From Calditrichia bacterium (GTDB lineage: Bacteria > Calditrichota > Calditrichia > RBG-13-44-9 > J075), in assembly GCA_020635015.1 (NCBI GenBank), contig JACKAP010000006.1, forward strand, positions 76,998 through 140,997: 64,000 nucleotides of DNA, read 5' to 3'. Shown here piece by piece: positions 47,075-55,708 of this stretch. Both the position numbers and the translations under genes were made by a program. Numbering within the stretch: position 1 is the first letter of the stretch; the number at the start of each line of letters is the position of its first letter. The notes under the pieces were generated by a model, which worked only from the letters and a program-made list of their open reading frames with translations, was not told the DNA's origin and ran no database searches.

Positions 47075-48190
47075 ATGATATTTGGCGTTCCGCTCGAAAT
47101 TCGCACCCATGAGCACCGGGTGGGCGCGGTGCCGTCGGTGGTGCATGAATTGGTCGGTCTGGGCCATCAGGTGCTGGTGGAGGCCAAAGCCGGAGAAAGA
47201 AGCGGGCACAGTGATGCCGATTACGCTGCGGCCGGTGCCACCATCGTGCCCTCGCCGGAGAAACTCTACTCTCAGGCGGAAGCGATCCTGAAGGTGCGTG
47301 GCCCGATTCCGGTTGAGTACGACTTGATCCGCCCCGACCACATCCTCTTCGGCTTCTTCCGGTTTTTTAACCGCCCGGAGAAAACCCTGGCCCTGCTGGG
47401 GCGGGGATGCACCTGTTACGCCTACGAAATGTTCAAAACCCGAGACAATCGCCGCCCGCTGCTGGATATCGACTGCCGGATTTCCGGACAGGTGGCGGTG
47501 CAGCAGGGAAGCACCTATCTGATGACCCCGCACGGGGGCCGGGGCGTGCTGCTGGGACGAATTCCGTTTGGCGACCCGCTGAATGTGACCATCCTTGGCC
47601 TGAGTGTCGCCGGGATCAGCGCAGCGGAGTTCGCCGCCCAAAACGGCGCCCGCATCAACATCATCGATCATGATGAAACCCGCTTTGAAGAAGCGGCTTC
47701 CCACCTTCCGGAGGATGTGCGTTTGCTGAAATTCTCACCGGAAACCCTGCAGGAGATGCTGCCGCGCACCGATCTGCTGATCAGCACCCTGCAGGAGGTG
47801 GAGGATCTCTCGCCGGTCGTGCTGAGCAAGGCGGAGGTTGGGCTGATGCCTCCCGGATCGGTGTTGGTGGATCTGGCGGCGGACTTTGGCGGCAGTGTCG
47901 AAACCAGCAATCCCACCTCCCCGGATAATCCCACCTTTGTGGTTGAGAATGTGATCCATTACTGCGTGCGCAGCCTGCCCAGCATGGTAGCGGCGACCGC
48001 TTCGGAAGCGCTCAGCAATGCGCTGTTGCCCTACCTGATTCGTTTCTGTGAAGCGGGATTTGTGGAAACCCTCAGAGCTAACGAGGAACTGGCCACCGGG
48101 CTGGTCTTTTTTGAAGGCTGGGTCACCCACGAAAAGCTGGCGGAGACCCTGGGTGTCAAGTATGTCGATTTCCGGGAGAGCGGTGAGTAA
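47075..48190 (+). CDS. Alanine dehydrogenase/PNT family protein (Ald-like) with divergent dinucleotide-binding loop
   Basis: N-terminus 'MIFGVPLEIRTHEHRVGAVP...HQVLVEAKAG' is collinear with AlaDH. The glycine loop reads 'ILGLSVAGISAA' (GxSxxG) instead of GxGxxG. Confidence 0.7.
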   Translation: MIFGVPLEIRTHEHRVGAVPSVVHELVGLGHQVLVEAKAGERSGHSDADYAAAGATIVPSPEKLYSQAEAILKVRGPIPVEYDLIRPDHILFGFFRFFNRPEKTLALLGRGCTCYAYEMFKTRDNRRPLLDIDCRISGQVAVQQGSTYLMTPHGGRGVLLGRIPFGDPLNVTILGLSVAGISAAEFAAQNGARINIIDHDETRFEEAASHLPEDVRLLKFSPETLQEMLPRTDLLISTLQEVEDLSPVVLSKAEVGLMPPGSVLVDLAADFGGSVETSNPTSPDNPTFVVENVIHYCVRSLPSMVAATASEALSNALLPYLIRFCEAGFVETLRANEELATGLVFFEGWVTHEKLAETLGVKYVDFRESGE

Positions 48191-49049
48191 GCGGCGCCAC
48201 CGGGATTCCATCCGTGCCCTGCTGGCAAAGATCCCCATCCTGACCTATCACAAGATCGAAAACCGCCGGGAAGTGGGCATTAACGCCCTCCCCCCGGAAC
48301 ATTTCCAGGCGCAGCTGGCCTGCCTGCAGGAACTGGGATATACCACCATCACGTTTCACGACCTCCTCGATTCCCCGGAACTGCCAGAGAAGGCGGTCAT
48401 CCTTACCTTTGATGATGGGTATGCGTCGGTCTACGAGCATGCCCTGCCGCTGATGCAGCCCTACGGATTCCGCGGAGTGGTTTATGCGGTTGGCCGCTTT
48501 ATCGGCCGCTGGAATGATTGGGATGCCAATCTGGGCGGCATCCGCTTCCGCCACATGGACCGGCGGCAGCTGCGTGAGCTGGCGGATGCCGGCTGGGAGG
48601 TCGGCGCTCATTCCCTGACCCACCGGGCGCTCTCCTGGCTTGATGAAACAAGCCTTCACCGGGAAATTTTCGGATCACGTGATCTACTGGCTGATGTCGC
48701 CGGTCGCATGCCAGCGAGCTTTGCCTATCCGTTCGGCATGCATCATCTCCGGGTGCGGGAGATGGCCAAAGCTGCCGGATTTGCTTTCGCCTGCGGCGGG
48801 ATTAACAGCGCTGCAGAAGCCGTCGATCCCCTGCAGTTGCGCCGTGTCCCGGTCTACCAGTTCGAAGGGCTCAGCGCTTACCGGAAAAAGCTGCGGATCG
48901 CGGGTTTGCCCCGATTGGAATATCTAAAACTCCGTATCCTGAGCTGGCCGGCGGTACTCACGCCGCTCTATCAAAAGCGCTTCCGTCGGGAATTATTCCT
49001 TGAAATGGAGGGCATGCCGGGGGTATATTCTAATAATTCAAACGATTGA
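48183..49049 (+). CDS. Polysaccharide deacetylase (NodB-homology) family protein
   Basis: 'VILTFDDGYASV' NodB motif 1 and 'HSLTH'. A GTG start at 48183 overlaps the upstream stop by 8 nt; the ORF-track N-terminal extension is antisense to the Ald-like 3' end. Confidence 0.75.
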   Translation: MSKRRHRDSIRALLAKIPILTYHKIENRREVGINALPPEHFQAQLACLQELGYTTITFHDLLDSPELPEKAVILTFDDGYASVYEHALPLMQPYGFRGVVYAVGRFIGRWNDWDANLGGIRFRHMDRRQLRELADAGWEVGAHSLTHRALSWLDETSLHREIFGSRDLLADVAGRMPASFAYPFGMHHLRVREMAKAAGFAFACGGINSAAEAVDPLQLRRVPVYQFEGLSAYRKKLRIAGLPRLEYLKLRILSWPAVLTPLYQKRFRRELFLEMEGMPGVYSNNSND

Positions 49050-49127
49050 GCCGATTATTACCAGCACCTGAGATTGGATTGACGATGCTCAGGTTGCATT
49101 CGCGGCAATCAAAGACGGTCTGTTGAG

Positions 49128-49478
49128 ATGAGCATTCAGAAACCGCCGAAAAAACTCTATTATTCGCTGCGTCAAACCGCCTCCATGACCGGTTTGAGTG
49201 TCGCCGTGCTTAAAAATTGGGAGAAAGAATTTCCCGAAGTTCAGCCCGCCCGCAATCGCGCCGGCAACCGCCATTATACCGATAGCGACTTGACCCTCCT
49301 CTTCCGCATCAAGGAATTACTTTTGGAAAAAAAGTTGTCTCCGGAGGAAATTCACACCCGCCTGCGCAGCCATCCGGCCCAGCCCGCTCCGGAAGTGGCC
49401 GACGTGGTGCGCCTGAAAAAAGTGCTGGCGGAGATCAAGCTGGAGATCGAGGAAATATTGCTGCTGTTGCGGGAGTAG
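49128..49478 (+). CDS. MerR-family transcriptional regulator
   Basis: HTH 'YYSLRQTASMTGLSVAVLKNWEKEF' and a C-terminal coiled-coil. Confidence 0.75.
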   Translation: MSIQKPPKKLYYSLRQTASMTGLSVAVLKNWEKEFPEVQPARNRAGNRHYTDSDLTLLFRIKELLLEKKLSPEEIHTRLRSHPAQPAPEVADVVRLKKVLAEIKLEIEEILLLLRE

Positions 49479-49604
49479 GGGGGACGAAGGGTGAAGGATG
49501 AAGGATGAAGGATGAAGGATGAAGGATGAAGGATGAAGGATGAAGGATGAAGGATAAAGGATAAAGGATGAAGGATAAAGGATGAAGGATGAAGGATGAA
49601 GGAT
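49479..49604. repeat. (GGATGAA/GGATAAA)n heptamer tract, about 17 units
   Basis: gggggacgaagggtgaaggatgaaggatgaagg...ggataaaggatgaaggataaaggatgaagg. Confidence 0.9.
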
Positions 49605-49970
49605 ATGTCGGAACGTAAATCGCCACGACTCAGTGGAGGCATCCAAAAATTTTGGGAAGAGCGGGAGCAGTTGAATGAAACCGTGCTGAAAAATGCCGGC
49701 CTCACCACCCGGCGTTTTTTCAGTCTGGATCATCAGGCCTACCAGGAAGGCGCTCTGCCGGTCAAGACCAAGGAACTGCTGGGCCTGGTCGCCTCGCTGG
49801 TGCTGCGCTGCGACGATTGCATCTCCTATCATCTGGTGCGCTGCCGGGAAGAAGGGGTGAGCGCGGCAGAATTGGAAGAGGCGCTGTCGATCGGGCTGGT
49901 CGTGGGAGGCTCTATCACCATTCCCCATCTCCGCCGGGCCTTCCGCGCCTGGGAGGAGATGGAAGGCTAG
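49605..49970 (+). CDS. Carboxymuconolactone decarboxylase/AhpD-like family protein
   Basis: 'LVLRCDDCISYH' AhpD-core CxxC..H motif. Confidence 0.7.
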   Translation: MSERKSPRLSGGIQKFWEEREQLNETVLKNAGLTTRRFFSLDHQAYQEGALPVKTKELLGLVASLVLRCDDCISYHLVRCREEGVSAAELEEALSIGLVVGGSITIPHLRRAFRAWEEMEG

Positions 49971-49991
49971 CGCCGCACGCACCCTAGGGCT

Positions 49992-51149
49992 TTATCCGAA
50001 CAAGCGGGAGTCTGACACCTCCGGCTCCTGGCTGGAGACGGTTTCCATGTAGGTCTTAATGAATGAAGGGCGGAAGATCTTGCGGTCGAAACCGATATTG
50101 CCCTCATCAGCCAGATTGCGGATCAATTGTTTATAGGATTTGAAGGCCCGGACTTTCACATAAAACGGAATCCAGCGCAGGGGAAACTTCAGCGGTCCCA
50201 GCACCAGCCGCTGCCGCCCGAGATGCTTTTCCAGGTTACCGGGGTTGAGGTAGTTCAGCAGATGGGCCGCCCCCTGATCGACCAGCGCCCGGTATCCTTT
50301 CAGCATCGCCCGTTCGTGAAGGAGATGCTCTTCGATTTGCTGGTGAATATAGTTCAAGCGCCGGTCGGCTTCTTCCGGGGTGATGTCGGCATCATACAGA
50401 TAAGCCTGAAGCTCTTCCGGGGTGGATAAATGCAGGGGCTGGTCGCTGATGACCGTGGCGATTTCCATAAATTGCCGGCGGAATTTGGCCGCTTCTTTAG
50501 CCAGTTCGATCAGGGCGTTAAATAAAATCTCTTCGGTCTTGCGGGGGTTGTAGGGGGGACCCGCTCTTTCCGCAGGTGGTGCCGGCTGCGCCGGGGCCGG
50601 GGGAGCTTCCGGGAAAATGGCCGCGAGCATGGCGCGGATCTCCTCTCGGCTGACCGCGCGGCGGGTGAGGGCGTCATCCAGCGCACCGCGCATCTCGCTT
50701 TCCCGAAGTTCACGCTTTTCGCTGTGGAATTTTTCAGCCAGCTGCTGCAGCAGATGCACCAATTGGCGAATATCTTCCTGGAAGGGATTGAGGTAAGGAG
50801 CCGTTTCATCCGCCCTTCCATTGCGGTGAGGCGCTTCCGGGCGAAATTGATATTCCAGCAAAAATTCCCCGATTTGAATCTTGTCTCCGTTCTGCAATTG
50901 ATAGGGCTGCTCGGCAGCCAGCTTGATCTGGTTGAGATATGTCGCATTGGCGCTTTTGCAATCCACCAGATAATATACCGCGCCCTTCTGCCGAATCATG
51001 GCGTGGCGCCGGGAAACCACTTTCTCCCGGTCTTGCAGTTGCAGGGTGTTGGATGAATGGCGGCCGATCGAGATCAATGCCTGTTCGAACTCCGCCTCCT
51101 GCTGCCAATTTATATCGGATGCCTTCCGGATGTTAAATCTCGCGGGCAT
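49992..51149 (-). CDS. FHA-domain protein with large C-terminal domain of unknown function
   Basis: N-terminal FHA 'ISIGRHSSNTLQL...VSRRHAMIRQKGAVYYLVDCKSANATYLNQ'. Confidence 0.75.
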   Translation of the reverse strand: MPARFNIRKASDINWQQEAEFEQALISIGRHSSNTLQLQDREKVVSRRHAMIRQKGAVYYLVDCKSANATYLNQIKLAAEQPYQLQNGDKIQIGEFLLEYQFRPEAPHRNGRADETAPYLNPFQEDIRQLVHLLQQLAEKFHSEKRELRESEMRGALDDALTRRAVSREEIRAMLAAIFPEAPPAPAQPAPPAERAGPPYNPRKTEEILFNALIELAKEAAKFRRQFMEIATVISDQPLHLSTPEELQAYLYDADITPEEADRRLNYIHQQIEEHLLHERAMLKGYRALVDQGAAHLLNYLNPGNLEKHLGRQRLVLGPLKFPLRWIPFYVKVRAFKSYKQLIRNLADEGNIGFDRKIFRPSFIKTYMETVSSQEPEVSDSRLFG

Positions 51150-51201
51150 GCTTACGCTCCTTTCCCAAAAGTGTGCAAACTATGAACATTCCCCGCCGGT
51201 T

Positions 51202-52692
51202 TTACCGATCGCTTTTTTTAGCATAATCGGGATACCAGGCCTTCATACAGTCGTCGCAGATGCCATGACTGAACTCTGCTTCTGAATGTTCTTGCAAATA
51301 CAGTTCCAATTGATTCCAATATCCCTTATCATCACGTATTTTTTTACATGAGGAGCAGATTGGAATCAATCCCCGGAGCGTTTTGATTTTGGTCAGGGCG
51401 TCACGCAGTTCGCGGATCAACTGTTCTTTGGCAGCTTCCGCCTCTACTCGGTCAGTGACGTCTCGGATGATCGACAGCACCGCTTCTGACCCGCAGGCCA
51501 TGATGCGGTTTTCATAGAATCGTTTTTTGCCATGCACCTGCAGGTCGAATTCGAACACCTGCACCGTGCCGGAATACAGCGCTTTGGAAATATAGCCGAG
51601 GGTTCGCTGGTTGATTTCGCCGGGCAGCAGGTCGTGCAGTCTTTTCCCCGGCAGGTCATCGCCGAACAACGGAATGGTGTTCTTGGGCATCTTGCAGGCC
51701 AGCACTGTGCCGTCCTGGTTTAGCTGCATCATCAGATCCGGTATGGCGTTGAGCAGGGCGCGGTTGGTGACTTCGCTTTGCTGGAGGGATTTCAGGAAGT
51801 TCTCCAGGTTTTCCCGGGAGTTTTTTTCTTTGTGCACGCGCTCGTTCAATATCAGGCGTTCCAGCCCTCCGGCGGTTTGCCGGGCGATGTCGGTCAGCAG
51901 GCGCAGATCGCTGTTGCCGAACTTCTTGGCGGATTTATCCTCGATATACAATACCCCCATCAGGGAATCCTTGCTGCGCAGGGGAACGCAGATGGCGGAG
52001 TGCATTTCCTCCGCCAGGAGCGTATCGGCCGGGTCGGTGCCCGGGTTATATATTGCCGCCTCCCCGTTGCCTAGCACTTGCGCCACCAGCGGCCGGCGGT
52101 AGGAGTCGGAGGCCCCATAGTAAATCTGGCAGTAGGGCATCGGGTCCTGGTCGAACAGCAGGATGGCGCCTCCATCGGCGCCGGTCGATTGACAGGACAG
52201 CTTAATCACCCACTCACAAATGGTATCGATATCATTGGTCTGGTTGAATTTCTGGCTGATCTTGTTGATGATCAGATAGTGCAGATCTACCGTGTTGCTG
52301 GGATCCACGCTGTCGGCCTTCGCTGCGGTTTCGCCGGTGGGCTGATCCTGCGGGATGTCGGCAGCAAAGGTCAGGATGGTAAACCCGACCCGGATCTGGT
52401 CCTGATCGGCCAGGCGGATGCGTTTGATCCGCTCGTCGTTGACATAGGTGTGATTCCGGCTTCCGAGATCTTCAATGTAGTAATGGCCTTTCTCGCGGAA
52501 GATCCGGGCATGACGGCGGGAAACCGTCTCGTCATCGATCGCCAGATCATTTTCGATCTGCTGGGAAAGATCATCTTTCCCGATATATATCTCCTCCTCG
52601 GAGAAGGTGTACGCTTCTTCGCTACCGTTTGGCAGGCGTACCTTTAACTTGGCCATGGGCATCCCTTTGCTGATTCGATCATAATATATCAA
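51202..52692 (-). CDS. FHA-GAF-PAS multidomain signalling protein with C-terminal Cys4 zinc-ribbon-like motif
   Basis: FHA 'IYIGKDD...VSRRHARIFREKGHYYIEDLGSRNHTYVND', a central GAF-like region, a PAS-like region and a C-terminal 'PICSSCKKIRDDKGYW...HGICDDCMKAWYP'. Confidence 0.7.
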   Translation of the reverse strand: MIYYDRISKGMPMAKLKVRLPNGSEEAYTFSEEEIYIGKDDLSQQIENDLAIDDETVSRRHARIFREKGHYYIEDLGSRNHTYVNDERIKRIRLADQDQIRVGFTILTFAADIPQDQPTGETAAKADSVDPSNTVDLHYLIINKISQKFNQTNDIDTICEWVIKLSCQSTGADGGAILLFDQDPMPYCQIYYGASDSYRRPLVAQVLGNGEAAIYNPGTDPADTLLAEEMHSAICVPLRSKDSLMGVLYIEDKSAKKFGNSDLRLLTDIARQTAGGLERLILNERVHKEKNSRENLENFLKSLQQSEVTNRALLNAIPDLMMQLNQDGTVLACKMPKNTIPLFGDDLPGKRLHDLLPGEINQRTLGYISKALYSGTVQVFEFDLQVHGKKRFYENRIMACGSEAVLSIIRDVTDRVEAEAAKEQLIRELRDALTKIKTLRGLIPICSSCKKIRDDKGYWNQLELYLQEHSEAEFSHGICDDCMKAWYPDYAKKSDR

Positions 52693-52772
52693 AATTTACC
52701 ACACCGCCAAAGAGAATGCAAAAAGGCTTGATTTTTCTTGAATGATCAATCTGAGAGCAGTGTAGGTCTTTT

Positions 52773-52856
52773 TTGCATGGGGCATGGGGTATTACAGTGC
52801 GGGTCTCGGAATATGCGCTTGCGCATTACGGCGCCATGCCCTATGCCCCATGCAAA
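52773..52856. repeat. MITE-like palindromic element copy 2
   Basis: ttgcatggggcatggggtattacagtgcgggtctcggaatatgcgcttgcgcattacggcgccatgccctatgccccatgcaa. Confidence 0.85.
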
Positions 52857-52972
52857 AGTTTTCCACATTTTACAGTTCTCAAAATGCTTGTTTGCAAAAA
52901 AAAATAAAAAATGTGTTGCAACATTAAATGTCTATACATATATTTTTGGCGAATAAAATAACCGAGTATTAT

Positions 52973-53422
52973 ATGGAACTGGAAAAAGAGATTAATCAAA
53001 GCAAGTTTCGCAACGAATATCAGAAGATGATCATCAACATCCTCTTCACCGCCGGGTGGTTGAATCATCACAATTCGCTGAAGTTAAAGCCCCATGGCAT
53101 ATCGCCTCAGCAGTTTAACGTACTGCGGATTCTGCGCGGCCAGCATCCCAATCCGGTCACGATCAACCTGCTGCAGGAGCGGATGCTTGACCGCATGTCG
53201 AATGCCTCCCGGTTGGTGGAGAAGCTGCGCCAGAAAAACCTGGTGGAACGGCGTGTCTGCGAACGCGATCGCCGGGCGGTTGACGTCATCATCACTGATC
53301 AAGGGTTGGCAATATTGGCAGAACTGGATAAAGTGATGATCGAATGGGAAAACGAATGCAAAGTGTTGAGTGAAAGCGAAGCAGATACCCTGAACCGGCT
53401 CCTAAATAAACTGCGCGGCTAG
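52973..53422 (+). CDS. MarR-family transcriptional regulator
   Basis: 'ISPQQFNVLRILRGQHPNPVTINLLQERMLDRMSNASRLVEKLRQKNLVER' winged HTH. Confidence 0.8.
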   Translation: MELEKEINQSKFRNEYQKMIINILFTAGWLNHHNSLKLKPHGISPQQFNVLRILRGQHPNPVTINLLQERMLDRMSNASRLVEKLRQKNLVERRVCERDRRAVDVIITDQGLAILAELDKVMIEWENECKVLSESEADTLNRLLNKLRG

Positions 53423-53425
53423 GGG

Positions 53426-53478
53426 GGTTATAGATTGCGGTTATTGGCAACAACACCCAATAACCGCAATCTATAACC
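53426..53478. terminator. Perfect palindrome with 22-bp arms (GGTTATAGATTGCGGTTATTGG / CCAATAACCGCAATCTATAACC) immediately after marR
   Basis: Seen directly; no clear U-tract, so this may be a bidirectional terminator or a protein-binding dyad. Confidence 0.45.
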
Positions 53479-53576
53479 AAATGCCAAAGACTAAAGACCA
53501 AGAGCTAAATGTTTGAAAGACATATTTTATAGTAACCAAACAAATATCACCATAAATCAATCTAAGGAGTTGTATC

Positions 53577-54185
53577 ATGAAAAAGTATTTTGCAGTGTTG
53601 TTGGTTTTCGCCTTGACCGGGTTGGGAGGCAGCTTGTTGGCCCAGACTTACACCGTTGATGTAGAGAATAGCAAACTGGCCTGGGAAGGTGAAAAAGTGA
53701 CCGGTAAGCATCATGGAATTATCAATATTCAATCCGGGCAACTTTCCCGTGACGGTGAAAGCCTGAGCGGCGAATTCACGATTGACATGAATTCGATCGT
53801 TGACTTCGACCTGGAAGACCCGCAGTGGAACCAGAAACTGGTCGGTCATCTGAAGTCGGATGATTTCTTCTCGGTGGACAAGCATCCGGTCTCCACTTTC
53901 AAGATTACCAATGTCGCCGAATATGAAGCCAAAGAAGGGGAGAAGGCAACCCACACCATTACTGGCGATCTGACCATCAAAGGGATCACCCATCAGATTT
54001 CCTTCCCGGCCTATGTCAATTTCAACGGGGAAACCGTGGTGGCCGAAGCGAACTTCGCGATCGATCGCACCAAGTGGGATATCCGCTTCCGTTCCGGCAG
54101 CTTCTTCGAGAACCTGGGCGACAAGCTGATCTACGACGACATCAAATTCGAACTGAATCTGACCGGTGCTAAGGCCGAAAGCTAA
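53577..54185 (+). CDS. YceI-family periplasmic protein
   Basis: Signal peptide; 'KVTGKHHGI' and 'ITGDLTIKGITHQISFPAYVNF' match YceI-like. Confidence 0.8.
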   Translation: MKKYFAVLLVFALTGLGGSLLAQTYTVDVENSKLAWEGEKVTGKHHGIINIQSGQLSRDGESLSGEFTIDMNSIVDFDLEDPQWNQKLVGHLKSDDFFSVDKHPVSTFKITNVAEYEAKEGEKATHTITGDLTIKGITHQISFPAYVNFNGETVVAEANFAIDRTKWDIRFRSGSFFENLGDKLIYDDIKFELNLTGAKAES

Positions 54186-54202
54186 GGATCACCGGTTCAA
54201 GT

Positions 54203-54241
54203 AAGGCGGCCAGTATTTTGTTTTATAAGTCTGGCCGCCTT
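54203..54241 (+). terminator. Stem-loop AAGGCGGCCAG(n17)CTGGCCGCCTT downstream of the yceI-like gene
   Basis: 11-bp perfect stem with a U-rich loop. Confidence 0.4.
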
Positions 54242-54315
54242 ATGAATTATGACGGCTATAAGCTAATAAATCAGTTTTTCTTTACAATTATATTTAGCAT
54301 TTTTTTGGCAATATT

Positions 54316-55023
54316 ATGAAAATACTATACATATATCCCCATCCCGATGATGAATCCTTTGGCCCCGGCCATGTGATGGCGAAACAGGTGCGCGATGGCC
54401 ACGAGGTATACTTGCTGACCCTCACCAAAGGAGGCGCCACCCGGCAGCGGTTTAAATACAATCATACGATCGCTGAGATGGGGGAGGTGCGTTACCGGGA
54501 AATGCTGAATGTCGCCAGGACGTTAAATCTCACCGGCATGACCGTGCTGGACCTGCCCGACAGCGGATTGAAGGAGATGGATCCCCGGGAGATCGAAAAA
54601 GTGGTTGCTGCCGAGATCGAGCGGCTGCAGCCGGCAGTGGTGGTGACCTATGCGGTTCACGGTATCAGCGGCTTTCACGATCATCTGGTGACCCATGCAG
54701 TAGTAAAAAGAGTTTTTGTGGATTTAAAGGAAAGAACAAATTATCTTAGACGGTTGGCAATGGTAACACTCACCGAAGCTGATGCGAGTATGGGAACGAT
54801 GTTTAAGCTGAATCATTCCAAGCCTGAGGAAATCGACTGCATCGTGACGGTGGAAGATGCCGACATCAAAAGCTGCCATGCAGCCCTGGATTGCTATACG
54901 ACATTTCAGGAAACGATCGAGAAATCCGGCATCAAATCATTCATTAAGCACCAGGCGGTGTTTGAAATTTTTCAGGAAGATCACAAGCCGCCGCTGACCG
55001 ATCTCTTTGATCATTTGTCCTGA
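54316..55023 (+). CDS. PIG-L/LmbE family N-acetylglucosaminyl deacetylase
   Basis: 'ILYIYPHPDDESFG' and 'HGISGFHDHLVTH' motifs. Confidence 0.8.
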   Translation: MKILYIYPHPDDESFGPGHVMAKQVRDGHEVYLLTLTKGGATRQRFKYNHTIAEMGEVRYREMLNVARTLNLTGMTVLDLPDSGLKEMDPREIEKVVAAEIERLQPAVVVTYAVHGISGFHDHLVTHAVVKRVFVDLKERTNYLRRLAMVTLTEADASMGTMFKLNHSKPEEIDCIVTVEDADIKSCHAALDCYTTFQETIEKSGIKSFIKHQAVFEIFQEDHKPPLTDLFDHLS

Positions 55024-55140
55024 GCATGATCACGCTGCTGCGGTTCGCTAAATCATTGAACCGGGCTGCTGGTAGGCGTGATGTCTTTACATGCATCCGG
55101 GGGAAGTGGCATTTTCTTTAAATCCAGGAGGGTTGCAGCA

Positions 55141-55707
55141 ATGAAATCGTGCACAAGCGTCCGGGCGATGATGAGTGGGGTATTCATTTCGTTGGTGACC
55201 ATGTGCGCCTGCGCGCCATTAAACTCGGAACGGGAGGACGGTCGAAGTTATACCCCGCCTCCGAAGCCGAAGCAAACGACGACGGTTAAAGCTGATACTT
55301 CCGGTCAGAACGGGCCGGTAATCGGGCCGCCGCTGCCGCCGTCTTATAAAAAACCGGAAAACCCCAAGCCCAAAGCCGTAACACCCGCGCCGAAAGCGGA
55401 GAAGGTCTATTATGGGAAGGCGGTTTATATCGACAATCAGCTGCACGGCCGGCCGACGGCCAGTGGCGAGCGTTACGACCGCACCAAATTTACTGCCGCC
55501 CATATTTTTTTGCCGTTTGGCACCATCTGCCGGGTAACCAACCTGGCCAACGGAAGGACCGTCAATGTGCGGATCAATGACCGCTGCAAGAATGTCGACA
55601 ATCGGGTGATCGACCTCTCTTACGCCGCAGCGGAGGAATTGGACGCGATTCTGGCGGGGGTCATCAATGTAAAAATTGAAGTGGTTAAAGAAGTGGAGTA
55701 TCCGTGA
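55141..55707 (+). CDS. RlpA-like (DPBB) lipoprotein
   Basis: Lipobox 'LVTMCAC', a Pro-rich linker and DPBB 'GKAVYID...TASGERYD...FGTICRVTNLANGRTVNVRINDR'. Confidence 0.7.
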   Translation: MKSCTSVRAMMSGVFISLVTMCACAPLNSEREDGRSYTPPPKPKQTTTVKADTSGQNGPVIGPPLPPSYKKPENPKPKAVTPAPKAEKVYYGKAVYIDNQLHGRPTASGERYDRTKFTAAHIFLPFGTICRVTNLANGRTVNVRINDRCKNVDNRVIDLSYAAAEELDAILAGVINVKIEVVKEVEYP

Positions 55708-55708
55708 G

